Sequence record: DRR723986_5581
Length of the DNA stretch: 51,440 nucleotides
Strand: one strand, 5' to 3'
Position 1 is the first letter of the stretch, and the number at the start of each line of letters is the position of its first letter. Both the position numbers and the translations under genes were made by a program. The notes beneath the pieces are model-generated. The model did no database searches and was not told the DNA's origin. It saw only the letters and a program-made list of their open reading frames with translations. Below, piece after piece: positions 1 to 11,796 of this stretch.

Positions 1-232
1 TCTGCCCTGCCGACCGGCACGCCTTGATGAGCGCGTCGGTCAGACTTGATTTGCCGACGCCGGGCGGACCGGTGAGGCCCAACACTTTCGCGGTGGCTTC
101 ACCAGCGGCCGAGTCCAGAAAAGCCGCGGTTTCGGCGTCCTCCGCATGGCTTTCCAGCCGGCTGAGAACCCGCGCGAGCTGCCTCTTGCCACCCGCGCGC
201 AAGGTGTCCAACTTGGGGTAGGCATCGCTCAC
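1..232 (-). CDS. meaB: MeaB/ArgK-family G3E GTPase (methylmalonyl-CoA mutase-associated), 5' part only; runs off the window
   Basis: Not in the ORF track. Read manually from GTG at 232 (RBS AAGGGGAG): MSDAYPKLDTLRAGGKRQLARVLSRLESH...VLGLTGPPGVGKSSLTDALI. The 'LARxLSxLE' and 'GLTGxPGVGKS' motifs are MeaB/ArgK hallmarks. Confidence 0.85.
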   Translation of the reverse strand, partial: MSDAYPKLDTLRAGGKRQLARVLSRLESHAEDAETAAFLDSAAGEATAKVLGLTGPPGVGKSSLTDALIKACRSAGQ

Positions 233-273
233 ACCGCACTCCCCTTGGCCTCGACCGGAGTTTTCCGCCCCAT

Positions 274-2946
<2,673 letters not shown>

Positions 2947-3272
2947 CTGATACTCTCCTCGCCTAGTTCGGTCTGCGGCGTCTCGCGCGCAGCCAACTCG
3001 CATTATCATTCCGGCAGCAATCGGGCCGCACCGGCACCAGATCTTTTTGCACCGCACATTCCTGCTACGGCAACTGCTTGTCTTCAAGCCCTTTTTCAGC
3101 GAAACCGGTTATGATTGGTCGTAAGTCTTAGCATTTCCGACGTTGAGCAAAATCAAAAGGATTTAAACCCGCAGAAAGTTATCCCGGGCGCCTTGCCGGT
3201 CAGCCTTAAAGACGCCATTGTCAAAGGTAATAAGCAGTAAACCCACCAGATTCAGGGACAGAAGTGCGAACA

Positions 3273-5060
3273 ATGATGACAAATCCGACCGGTGCCGTTT
3301 CGACCAGGGATCGCAGTCCTCTCCGCCGGAAACTGCTTGCGCTGGTCAGCGTGCTCGCCCTTCTTCCCGCTACCGCACTTGCCGAAACGAGCGCCGAACC
3401 GGAAACTCTTGGCACACCGTCCGATCTGCCGTTCACGCTGTCCGGCAGCTACCTTTCCGGCCGCCTCGCCGGTTTCCAGAAAGACTACGCCCAGGCAGCG
3501 GCGTTTTACGAAGAAACCCTTGCCGCCGACCCGAGCAATACGATGTTGCTCGAACGCACCTTCCTCCTGAAGTTGGCCAATGGCGATGTCGAACAGGCCG
3601 TTGTCTACTCCAAGGAGCTGGAAAGCGCCGGTCTGCAGAATTTCCTCGCACAGCTGACGCTCGGTGCTCAGGAGATGCTGGACGGCCGCTATGAAAAGGC
3701 CAACGAAGAACTTGAGCGGGGCCGGAACGGCCCGCTCGCGCAGCTTTCCATCGGCATCTCCCGCGCCTGGACGCTTTATGGCAGCGGCAAGATCGACGAA
3801 GCCGTCGCGATGATTGACGGACTTGAGGGACCAGACTGGTTCGAAGTGTTCAAGTCCACCCACAAGGCACATCTTCTGTTTGCCGCAGGGCGTAACCAGG
3901 AAGCACTGGAAGCCGCCGAGAGCGCCTATGCTATCGACCAGGGTGCCCTGCGCGTCGTGGACGCCTACACCCGCCTTCTGGCCGCCAACGGACGCCAGAA
4001 GGAAGCACTTGATGCGCTCGATCAATACGATGCGCAATTCCGCGGTCACCCCAAGCTTGACCAGACCCGCGAGGCTATCAGCAGCGGTGAGATCATTCCG
4101 CCGCTCGTTACTGATCCGGCAGCCGGCATGGCGGAAATCCTCTATGGCCTTGGTGCCGTAATCGGCCGCGATGGCGGTGAAGAGCTTTCCACCTCCTATC
4201 TGCAGCTTGCGCTCTACCTCGATCCGAAGGCTGAATTTGCAGCCATTGCTCTCGGCAGTGTCTTTGAGCGGATGGAGCAGCCGGAACGGGCCATCGAAGC
4301 CCTGATGATGGTGCCCGATGACAGCGTGCTGAAGCGCGAAGCCGAAATCCAGGTTGGCATGAACTACAATGCCCTGGAGATGGTGGATGAAGCCCGCAGC
4401 CATCTGGAAGAGCTTATCAAACAGGATCCCTCAGATCTTGAAGCCGTGATCGCACTTGGCAACATCCTGCGTGCACACGAAATCTACGAGGACGCCGAGG
4501 CAACCTACACCAAGGGCATCGACACCATTTCCGAACTGCAAAGTCAGCATTGGCTGATGCTTTATTTCCGTGGTATCGCCCGGGAAAGACTGGGGAAATG
4601 GGAACTTGCCGAAGCCGACTTCCGCAAGGCGCTTGAACTCAACGAGGATCAGCCGCTCGTGCTCAACTATCTCGGCTATTCCCTGGTCGACCAGGGTCTG
4701 AAGCTGGATGAAGCCCTGGGCATGATCAAGAAAGCCGTCGAACTGCGGCCAACAGACGGATACATCGTCGACAGCCTTGGCTGGGTTTATTTCCGTCTTG
4801 GCCGCTACGAAGAAGCGGTGAAGGAACTGGAGCGGGCTATCGAGCTTCGCCCGGCGGATCCGGTCATCAACGATCACCTGGGCGATGCCTACTGGATGGT
4901 TGGTCGTCGCAACGAGGCAAGGTTCCAGTGGAACCACGCCCGCGACCTGGGTCCGGACGCAGAGGAATTGCCGAAAATTCTGGAAAAGATTGCCGAAGGC
5001 CTGAAGGAGGTTCCGGGAACGGATGCCGCCAAAGCCGAGACCGGCAAAAACGGCGGCTAA
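3273..5060 (+). CDS. Exported tetratricopeptide-repeat protein (conserved upstream of ispE)
   Basis: Signal peptide, then SGSYLSGR and TPR repeats with LNYLGYSL, DSLGWVYF and DHLGDAYW motifs. Start may be 3264, 3273 or 3276. Confidence 0.9.
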   Translation: MMTNPTGAVSTRDRSPLRRKLLALVSVLALLPATALAETSAEPETLGTPSDLPFTLSGSYLSGRLAGFQKDYAQAAAFYEETLAADPSNTMLLERTFLLKLANGDVEQAVVYSKELESAGLQNFLAQLTLGAQEMLDGRYEKANEELERGRNGPLAQLSIGISRAWTLYGSGKIDEAVAMIDGLEGPDWFEVFKSTHKAHLLFAAGRNQEALEAAESAYAIDQGALRVVDAYTRLLAANGRQKEALDALDQYDAQFRGHPKLDQTREAISSGEIIPPLVTDPAAGMAEILYGLGAVIGRDGGEELSTSYLQLALYLDPKAEFAAIALGSVFERMEQPERAIEALMMVPDDSVLKREAEIQVGMNYNALEMVDEARSHLEELIKQDPSDLEAVIALGNILRAHEIYEDAEATYTKGIDTISELQSQHWLMLYFRGIARERLGKWELAEADFRKALELNEDQPLVLNYLGYSLVDQGLKLDEALGMIKKAVELRPTDGYIVDSLGWVYFRLGRYEEAVKELERAIELRPADPVINDHLGDAYWMVGRRNEARFQWNHARDLGPDAEELPKILEKIAEGLKEVPGTDAAKAETGKNGG

Positions 5061-5072
5061 CCGGACACGCCC

Positions 5073-5954
5073 ATGGCCCTCGCCTCAAAGTCTTCCCCCC
5101 GGGTGGAGCTGGCCCGGGCCAAGGTGAATCTGGCACTGCATATTACAGGTCGGCAGCCGGACGGCTATCATCTGCTGGATTCGCTCGTGGTCTTCCCCCA
5201 GATCGGCGACAGACTGGCGATAGAAGCTGCCGGTGAGCTCGACCTGCAAGTCGAAGGCCCGTTTGCGCGAGACCTGACGGGCCCGGTCGAAGACAACCTT
5301 ATCCTGAAGGCCGTGCGCTGCTTCGCCGAAAAGGCCGGTATTGATGTTCCACAAGTTCGCCTGACACTGACCAAACGCCTGCCTGTGGCTTCCGGCATCG
5401 GCGGCGGCTCCAGCGATGCCGCTACCACCTTGCGCCTCCTGGAGGACTTCACCGGCACCTATCTTGCCGAGGAAGAACTGCATGCACTGGCGCTGACGCT
5501 TGGGGCGGATGTACCGGTTTGCCTGTTTCCGGAACCCCAGATCATGCGCGGCATCGGCGGCGACCTGAGTGCCGGTCCGGACCTTCCGCCTTGCGGTATC
5601 GTGCTTGTAAACCCGAGGGTCGGCGTATCCACTCCTGAAGTCTTCAAATCCATGGAACAGCGGGACAACGCTCCCATGGATCTCATGCCGGAAAAGTTTG
5701 AAACGCTGGCCTCGCTGGTCGCCTATCTGGCAAGCTGCCGCAACGATCTGCAGAACCCGGCGAAAGGTCTGTGTCCTGAAATCGGTCAGGTTCTGTCCGA
5801 GCTGGAAGCCGATACCCGCATCGACCTTGCAAGGATGTCCGGCTCCGGTGCGACCTGCTTCGGCCTGTGTGAGTTGAATGCCGCCATGGACGTCGAGCGT
5901 GCATTGCGCAGCAGCCACCCAGACTGGTGGATCGCCTCCGGGCCGCTCTCCTGA
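5073..5954 (+). CDS. ispE: 4-diphosphocytidyl-2-C-methyl-D-erythritol kinase
   Basis: Motifs AKVNLALHITG, PVASGIGGGSSDAA (GHMP), LGADVP and RMSGSGATCF. Confidence 0.97.
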   Translation: MALASKSSPRVELARAKVNLALHITGRQPDGYHLLDSLVVFPQIGDRLAIEAAGELDLQVEGPFARDLTGPVEDNLILKAVRCFAEKAGIDVPQVRLTLTKRLPVASGIGGGSSDAATTLRLLEDFTGTYLAEEELHALALTLGADVPVCLFPEPQIMRGIGGDLSAGPDLPPCGIVLVNPRVGVSTPEVFKSMEQRDNAPMDLMPEKFETLASLVAYLASCRNDLQNPAKGLCPEIGQVLSELEADTRIDLARMSGSGATCFGLCELNAAMDVERALRSSHPDWWIASGPLS

Positions 5955-5989
5955 CAAAACACGGACTTGGCTTGTAGAAAACAAAGAAT

Positions 5990-6018
5990 AAGCCGCCATT
6001 TCGAAAATGGCGGCTTTT
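5990..6018. terminator. Probable bidirectional intrinsic terminator between convergent ispE and ispB
   Basis: Perfect 11-bp stem AAGCCGCCATT/AATGGCGGCTT, with a T-run on the + side and an A-rich flank on the other. Confidence 0.75.
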
Positions 6019-6051
6019 CAATTTCATCTGAAAAACAGAGACTTGTAAGCG

Positions 6052-7068
6052 TTAGCTCACACGCGAGATGCAGAAGGCAACAGCATCACCCAGGGCATCG
6101 CTGTGCGCACCGGACGGCAACGTGTCCAGTGCAGCAAGTGCCTTGTTGCCGTAGTCCTTCGCCCGCTCGACCGTTTCAGTCAAGGCGTCGTATTTCTTCA
6201 GAAGCTCGATGGCCTGTTCCAGGTCACCGTCCTTGATTTCCTCGCCTTCCAGGCAACGTCGCCAGAAGTCGCGGTCTGCATCAGTGCCACGGGCAACGGC
6301 CAACACCACCGGCAGCGTGATCTTGCCTTCGCGGAAATCGTCGCCGACATCCTTGCCGAGATCTGCGGAAGAGCCACCATAGTCGAGCGCGTCGTCAACT
6401 AGCTGGAACGCATAGCCGAGTTCCATGCCGTAGGCCCGCGCGGCCCGCTTCATTTCGACTGACTGCCCGGCAATCACGGGGCCGACTTCGGCAGCAGCGG
6501 CAAACAGAGCGGCGGTCTTGGCCTCGATTACCCGCAGATAGTCTGCTTCGGTCGTGGCGATGTTCTTTGCAGCGCCAAGCTGCAGCACTTCGCCTTCCGC
6601 AATGACTGCGGATGCCGTGGAGAGGATGCGCAGCGCTTCCAGCGAACCGACATCGACCATCATCTTGAAGGCCTGTCCAAGCAGATAGTCGCCGACAAGA
6701 ACACTTGCCTGGTTCCCCCAGAGCTTGCGCGCTGCAAGCTTGCCCCGACGCATGTCACTTTCGTCCACGACATCGTCATGCAGCAGCGTGGCGGTATGCA
6801 TGAATTCCACGCTGGCCGCCAGCGTGACATGACCATCGCCCTGGTAGCCGAACATCTCGGCACAGGCCAGCGTCAGCATCGGCCGGAGCCGCTTGCCGCC
6901 GGAGGAAATCAGGTGCTTGGCGATTTCCGGGATCAATTCAACATTCGATCCTGCCTTCGACAGGATCAGATCGTTGACCTCGCCCATGCCGCCGGACACC
7001 AGATCAACGAGCGGCTGAATGCTCGGACGGCGCGGCTGATCGTCTGTATAAGTTGCAACAACGGCCAC
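6052..7068 (-). CDS. ispB: Polyprenyl (octa/decaprenyl) diphosphate synthase
   Basis: GGKRLRP, LLHDDVVD (FARM), FQLVDDALD (SARM), GKDVGDDFREGK. Start GTG 7068 behind GGGAG. Confidence 0.93.
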   Translation of the reverse strand: MAVVATYTDDQPRRPSIQPLVDLVSGGMGEVNDLILSKAGSNVELIPEIAKHLISSGGKRLRPMLTLACAEMFGYQGDGHVTLAASVEFMHTATLLHDDVVDESDMRRGKLAARKLWGNQASVLVGDYLLGQAFKMMVDVGSLEALRILSTASAVIAEGEVLQLGAAKNIATTEADYLRVIEAKTAALFAAAAEVGPVIAGQSVEMKRAARAYGMELGYAFQLVDDALDYGGSSADLGKDVGDDFREGKITLPVVLAVARGTDADRDFWRRCLEGEEIKDGDLEQAIELLKKYDALTETVERAKDYGNKALAALDTLPSGAHSDALGDAVAFCISRVS

Positions 7069-7242
7069 TAATGGCACTCCCTGAATATTTGTGCGGACAA
7101 TATGTTGCGAACGCCTTCGGGGCAAGCCGCCAATCCATTGACAAACTGTTGAAATGCCGCAATCAGCTGGTTTTGCTGTAAACCGGTCGGATGGGGCTTT
7201 CCGTTCGACCGCAGGACATGGACCGCTAACGCCGGGAATCTT

Positions 7243-7479
7243 ATGGAAGAACTAGTCAGAACAAACGATCCCGTCCTGATTTCCTTTCTGGAATCGATTC
7301 TTGAAGATGCCGGCATCAAACATTTTGTCGCAGACGGCAATATGAGCATTCTGGAAGGTTCGCTGGCCATGATCCCGCGCCGCATACTTGTCGATTCAGA
7401 CCAGATCCAGATGGCGCGCAAGCTGGTGAGAGACGCCGGTCTGGAACATGAACTGCGCCCGGAAAGCGGCCGGGCCTGA
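7243..7479 (+). CDS. DUF2007-type small protein
   Basis: MEELVRTNDPVLISF...DGNMSILEGS..IPRRILV. This protein typically sits between ispB and a methyltransferase in alphaproteobacteria. Confidence 0.85.
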   Translation: MEELVRTNDPVLISFLESILEDAGIKHFVADGNMSILEGSLAMIPRRILVDSDQIQMARKLVRDAGLEHELRPESGRA

Positions 7480-7480
7480 C

Positions 7481-8290
7481 ATGACTTCGCCGACGGACAG
7501 CACCGAATGCACATCACAGGAAACGACCCATGACGCTTTTCTGGGCGGCAAGGTCTATGTGCATCAGCCCAAGCGTGGCCGGCACAGGGCGGGCCTTGAC
7601 GCGGTCTATCTGGCGGCGGCCCTGCCGGATGGTACCCGGGGACATGTCATCGACCTTGGCGCGGGTGTCGGAACCGCCGGGTTTTGCGCCGCGGCGCGCT
7701 TGCCGGATATTCGGGTAACGCTGGTTGATATAGACGAGACCGTGCTCGCCCTCGCCCGTCGCGGCCTTGAAGACCCCGCCAATGGCGCGTTTTCCAGCCG
7801 TGTCTCCCTTCTGGAGGCTGATATTACGGCCAAGGGAAGTGCGCGCCACGCAGCCGGTCTTACCCCCGCAATGGCGGACCATGCCATCATGAACCCGCCC
7901 TACTATGAGGCGGACCGCTTCCGGGCATCGCCCAACAGTGCTCGTGCCGGCGCGCATATGCTCGATGACCGGGGACTGGAGCCATGGGCGAAAACAGCAA
8001 CGGATATTGTCAAGGAAGGCGGCAGCCTGACCGTCATCTTTCGGGCAGACGGTCTGCAGGAACTGTTGAGCGTTCTCAAGGGCCGGTTCGGCGCAATCGA
8101 AGTCATTCCGCTTCGTCCAAGACCGGAAGCGGCAGCAACACGTGTTCTGCTGCGCGCCATTCGCGCCAGCAAGGCCCCCTTGCGGCTGATGCCGGGGTTC
8201 GTACTGCATGAGGGGGACGGATCCGAATTCACCCCTCAGTCAAAAGCCGTCATGCGTGATGGCAAAGGACTCGGCCTCAGCGCGCGCTGA
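7481..8290 (+). CDS. SAM-dependent methyltransferase, tRNA1(Val) A37 N6-methyltransferase (TrmN6-like)
   Basis: DAFLGG..QP..GRHRAGLDA, SAM motif DLGAGVG, amino-methyltransferase motif NPPY. Confidence 0.88.
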   Translation: MTSPTDSTECTSQETTHDAFLGGKVYVHQPKRGRHRAGLDAVYLAAALPDGTRGHVIDLGAGVGTAGFCAAARLPDIRVTLVDIDETVLALARRGLEDPANGAFSSRVSLLEADITAKGSARHAAGLTPAMADHAIMNPPYYEADRFRASPNSARAGAHMLDDRGLEPWAKTATDIVKEGGSLTVIFRADGLQELLSVLKGRFGAIEVIPLRPRPEAAATRVLLRAIRASKAPLRLMPGFVLHEGDGSEFTPQSKAVMRDGKGLGLSAR

Positions 8291-8307
8291 TTCCTGTCCC
8301 GCCTATC

Positions 8308-8580
8308 TCAGTGCACCACGATTTCTCCGTCCGCATAGCGGAAATCAACCGGCGAGATCAGGGTCTGGTGCGCAACGCGAACGGAATGGATGCGACCTTC
8401 TATCTCCCGTTCCCAGAACACGAGAAACCTGGTCAGTTCGGGAAATTTCGGCGCCAGGTCTTCCGTTTGCCACAGGAAACTCTGCAGCAACTTCGGATGA
8501 TCAGGCAGACGGTAGAGGATTTCCGCCGTCATCAGTCCATAGCCGAGAAGGCGTTTTTCAAAGTCAGAGCTGGTTTTCAT
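8308..8580 (-). CDS. usg: Usg-family protein
   Basis: Signature GYGLMTAEILYRLPDHP.LLQSF.WQ..DLAP.FPEL..F..FW..EIEG.IHSVRVAH. Start ATG 8580. Confidence 0.9.
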   Translation of the reverse strand: MKTSSDFEKRLLGYGLMTAEILYRLPDHPKLLQSFLWQTEDLAPKFPELTRFLVFWEREIEGRIHSVRVAHQTLISPVDFRYADGEIVVH

Positions 8581-8672
8581 GCCAATCCTTTCTTCTGTGC
8601 AAAGAAAGATTGTCACGGAAATCTGGTTAACCAAACCCGACTTTTGGATATTTGCTGTTTAAAAACAGCAAT

Positions 8673-8699
8673 TTAGCAGCACTCGACAGGCACTGCTAA
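8673..8699. promoter_or_regulatory. CIRCE-like (HrcA) inverted repeat upstream of usg
   Basis: TTAGCAGCA-N9-CACTGCTAA versus consensus TTAGCACTC-N9-GAGTGCTAA. Same 9-9-9 geometry, outer 6 bp of both arms identical. Confidence 0.5.
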
Positions 8700-8727
8700 C
8701 AACAGCAGCCATGTGCTGCAAAAAGCA

Positions 8728-9075
8728 TCATTTCACTTGGATGGTGGTCAGATACCCCAGAAAGGCGTCGATGTCATCCGGCTCCAGCGCAAATTCCGGC
8801 ATGTTGTCATGTGCCGTCACGATGCCTTCCGCCAATGGTTCTTCCAGGCTTTCCAGCGGATACCGGCTGGAAAGATCACGAAAGGCGGGCGCACCGGCCT
8901 GTGCACTCTGGTCGTCCCTGCCGACTGCATGGCAGGTAGCACAATGGATTTCCGCCAGCTCCCGGCCGGTCGCAACGCTCACCGGATCCGTCGGATAAGC
9001 TCCGTCAGAAGCCAGAGCAGGCGATGCTGCAAACAGGATGACGGCGACACCAAAAAACGGTTTGCTGCGCGACAC
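8728..9075 (-). CDS. Small periplasmic monoheme cytochrome c
   Basis: Signal peptide, CATCH heme motif, distal Met in HDNMPEF. GTG start behind AGGGAGG. Confidence 0.9.
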   Translation of the reverse strand: MSRSKPFFGVAVILFAASPALASDGAYPTDPVSVATGRELAEIHCATCHAVGRDDQSAQAGAPAFRDLSSRYPLESLEEPLAEGIVTAHDNMPEFALEPDDIDAFLGYLTTIQVK

Positions 9076-9238
9076 TCTACTTCCCTCCCTTGAATCAGTT
9101 TCGCTTTTATAGAAGGTTCGAAAACAGAAACCCATTAGGGGGAACACGGTGGCCACGAAAAATGTGCCTTCAACACCAATGTTCTCGACGCCAGTATCTC
9201 TATATAACCGGGATCACCACCCGTTCACCGGAGGAAAC

Positions 9239-10171
9239 ATGAACCAGCTGCCGGCTTCCATTGACGACACTCTCGCCCTGATGGATCAGGCGGGCTACGT
9301 GGCCGATCGGTCGCTTGCCACCGTTCTGCATCTGGCCCTGAAGATGAAACGCCCCCTGTTTCTGGAAGGCGAAGCCGGTGTCGGCAAGACGGAAATTGCC
9401 AAGGTCCTGTCGTCGACCCTCGGAAGAGACCTGATCCGCCTGCAATGCTATGAAGGCCTCGACGTCGCCTCCGCGGTCTATGAGTGGAACTACCCCGCTC
9501 AGATGGTCGAAATCCGTGTCGCGGAAGCAGCCGGCGACACTGACCACTCCGAGCTTTCCAAATCGATTTTCGACGAACGCTTCCTGATCAAGCGTCCCGT
9601 GCTGCAGGCGCTCGAACCTTCGCTGGCAGGCGCGCCGGTGTTCCTGATCGACGAACTCGACCGGGCGGATGAAGCGTTCGAAGCCTTTCTTCTGGAAGTT
9701 CTGGCCGATAACCAGGTGACGATTCCCGAGCTCGGAACCGTGAAGGCAGCAGAGCCGCCCATCGTCATCATCACGACCAACCGCACGCGTGAAATTCACG
9801 ATGCCCTGAAACGCCGCTGTCTCTACCACTGGGTCGACTACCCCGATGCCGAGCGTGAACTGGAGATTGTCCGCCGCAAGGTTCCCGGCGCCGCCCAGCG
9901 CCTTGCAAGCGAAGTGGTCGCCTTCGTGCAGAAGCTGCGTGCCGACGAGGATCTTTTCAAGCAACCCGGTGTCGCCGAAACGCTGGACTGGGCGACAGCT
10001 CTTTCCGAACTCAACGAAATGGCGCTCGATCCGGACATGGCATCCGACACGCTTGGCGTTCTGTTGAAATACCAGGACGACATCGAACGTGTCCGCGGCT
10101 CCAAAGTGCGCCAGATGATCGACGACATCCGCAAGGACGCTCCGCACCAGCAATCCATGCCGGCGGTTTGA
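9239..10171 (+). CDS. MoxR-family AAA+ ATPase (CoxD-like)
   Basis: Walker A GEAGVGKT, RLQCYEGLD, Walker B LIDELDRAD, DALKRRC. RBS GGAGG before ATG 9239. Confidence 0.92.
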   Translation: MNQLPASIDDTLALMDQAGYVADRSLATVLHLALKMKRPLFLEGEAGVGKTEIAKVLSSTLGRDLIRLQCYEGLDVASAVYEWNYPAQMVEIRVAEAAGDTDHSELSKSIFDERFLIKRPVLQALEPSLAGAPVFLIDELDRADEAFEAFLLEVLADNQVTIPELGTVKAAEPPIVIITTNRTREIHDALKRRCLYHWVDYPDAERELEIVRRKVPGAAQRLASEVVAFVQKLRADEDLFKQPGVAETLDWATALSELNEMALDPDMASDTLGVLLKYQDDIERVRGSKVRQMIDDIRKDAPHQQSMPAV

Positions 10172-10221
10172 ACAGGTGACAAGACCACAAGGGGCCCATC
10201 GCACTCATCCGGGAGGCTGCA

Positions 10222-11436
10222 ATGACACCCTCTCCTGAGTTGCGATCGCGGATCACGGACAACATCGTCTATTTCGCGCGAACGCTGCGCAAGGCGGGCG
10301 TTCCCGTCGGCCCCGCCTCCGTGGTGGATGCGGTTGCAGCCGTGGAAGTCTCCGGCATCGAAAACCGTGAGGACCTCTACTGGACACTGCATGCGGTCTT
10401 CGTGCGCAAACGTGAACAGAAGGTGCTGTTCGACGAGGCTTTCCGGATCTACTGGCAAAGCCGTGGATTGATCGAGAAGATGCTGGCGATCCTGTCGCCG
10501 GTCGCCCCGCCCAGAGGTGAGCCTGAAAAACCGAAAGCCGGCCAGACACGGGTTTCGCAGGCGTTTCAGGCAGCGCAAGAGCGGGTCGCCGAGGAAACCG
10601 TTCCCCAGATCGAAATCGATGCAAAGTTCACCGTCTCCGGCAAGGAATTGCTGCAGACCAAGGATTTCGCGCAGATGACGTCGGATGAAATTACCGAAGC
10701 CAAGCTGGCGCTCAGGGCCATGACAATGCCTTTGGACAAGATCAGGCTTCGTCGCCTCAAGCCGGCGTCCAGAGGAAAAGTCGATCCACGCCGAACCTTG
10801 CGCGCCTCCATGCGGGCCGGTGGTGACATAATTGACCTGAAGTTCCGCAAACCGGCGGAAAAACGGCCACCGCTCGTCGCCCTTTGCGATATCTCAGGAA
10901 GCATGAGCCAGTACTCCAGGCTTCTGCTGCATTTCTTGCATGGTCTGACCGTGGAACGGCGGGATGTACACACATTCCTGTTTGGCACGCGTTTGACGAA
11001 CGTCACGAGACAATTGCGCATGAAGGATCCGGACGAGGCCCTGGAAGCTTGCTCGTCAGGTGTCGAGGACTGGTCGGGAGGCACCCGCATCGCCTCTGCA
11101 CTGCATGATTTCAACCGGCATTGGTCTCGCCGTGTGCTGTCGGGACAGCCGACCGTACTGCTGATCACCGACGGCTTGGAGCGCGATACGGACGAGGATC
11201 TTGAGCGGGAAATGGACCGGCTGCACCGCTCTTGCCGTCGTCTGATCTGGCTTAATCCGCTGCTGCGCTTCGAAGGCTTCGAAGCAAAGGCAAAGGGTAT
11301 CCGCGCCATGCTGCCGAATGTGGACGAATTCAGAGCGGTTCATTCGCTCGATGCGGTTGCCGATCTTGTCGCTGCGTTGTCGGGTTCAGGCGGTCGCGAC
11401 AGCAGTGCCAATCCGAAGCGTTGGCTGAAATCGTAA
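10222..11436 (+). CDS. VWA-domain protein (CoxE-like)
   Basis: MIDAS motif DISGSMS, DWSGGTRI, ITDG and WLNPL; directly follows the MoxR gene. Confidence 0.9.
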   Translation: MTPSPELRSRITDNIVYFARTLRKAGVPVGPASVVDAVAAVEVSGIENREDLYWTLHAVFVRKREQKVLFDEAFRIYWQSRGLIEKMLAILSPVAPPRGEPEKPKAGQTRVSQAFQAAQERVAEETVPQIEIDAKFTVSGKELLQTKDFAQMTSDEITEAKLALRAMTMPLDKIRLRRLKPASRGKVDPRRTLRASMRAGGDIIDLKFRKPAEKRPPLVALCDISGSMSQYSRLLLHFLHGLTVERRDVHTFLFGTRLTNVTRQLRMKDPDEALEACSSGVEDWSGGTRIASALHDFNRHWSRRVLSGQPTVLLITDGLERDTDEDLEREMDRLHRSCRRLIWLNPLLRFEGFEAKAKGIRAMLPNVDEFRAVHSLDAVADLVAALSGSGGRDSSANPKRWLKS

Positions 11437-11796
11437 GTTTGGTTGCCCATAGCGCAGACGTGTCCAATTGACACTCAAAAGTCTGGAAGACGGCGCCTGA
11501 CTGGCCTGGTTTCATGCAGGCTGGAAGCAGGTGATTTTCTGCTTCAAAATGACGGCATGAACAAAGAGACCCTGCCAGCTTCGTGTTGGGGCACTGGAAG
11601 TTGACAGGGTCATTTGAGAGGTCGTTTGCAGGCCTCGGACCCACCATATATTCAATTTCATGAAACTAAATGCGACATGCTGCCTCTGCGGCAGGGTGTG
11701 CGCTGCCGCATGAACTTGGCCTCGAAACCGCGATTAAACTGCGCTACACTTTTGTGGTGTGAAACAACCGTTACTTCTTGAATTTGCTACCGCGTT

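Noticed and set aside
8625-8632. GGTTAACC upstream of usg as a CtrA site
   Set aside because: Only a half-site; no second TTAA at 7-nt spacing on either strand.
11688-11711. 8-bp GC hairpin TGCGGCAG/CTGCCGCA upstream of the membrane protein
   Set aside because: A single short stem with no U-tract or recognisable riboswitch motif; not enough to call a feature.
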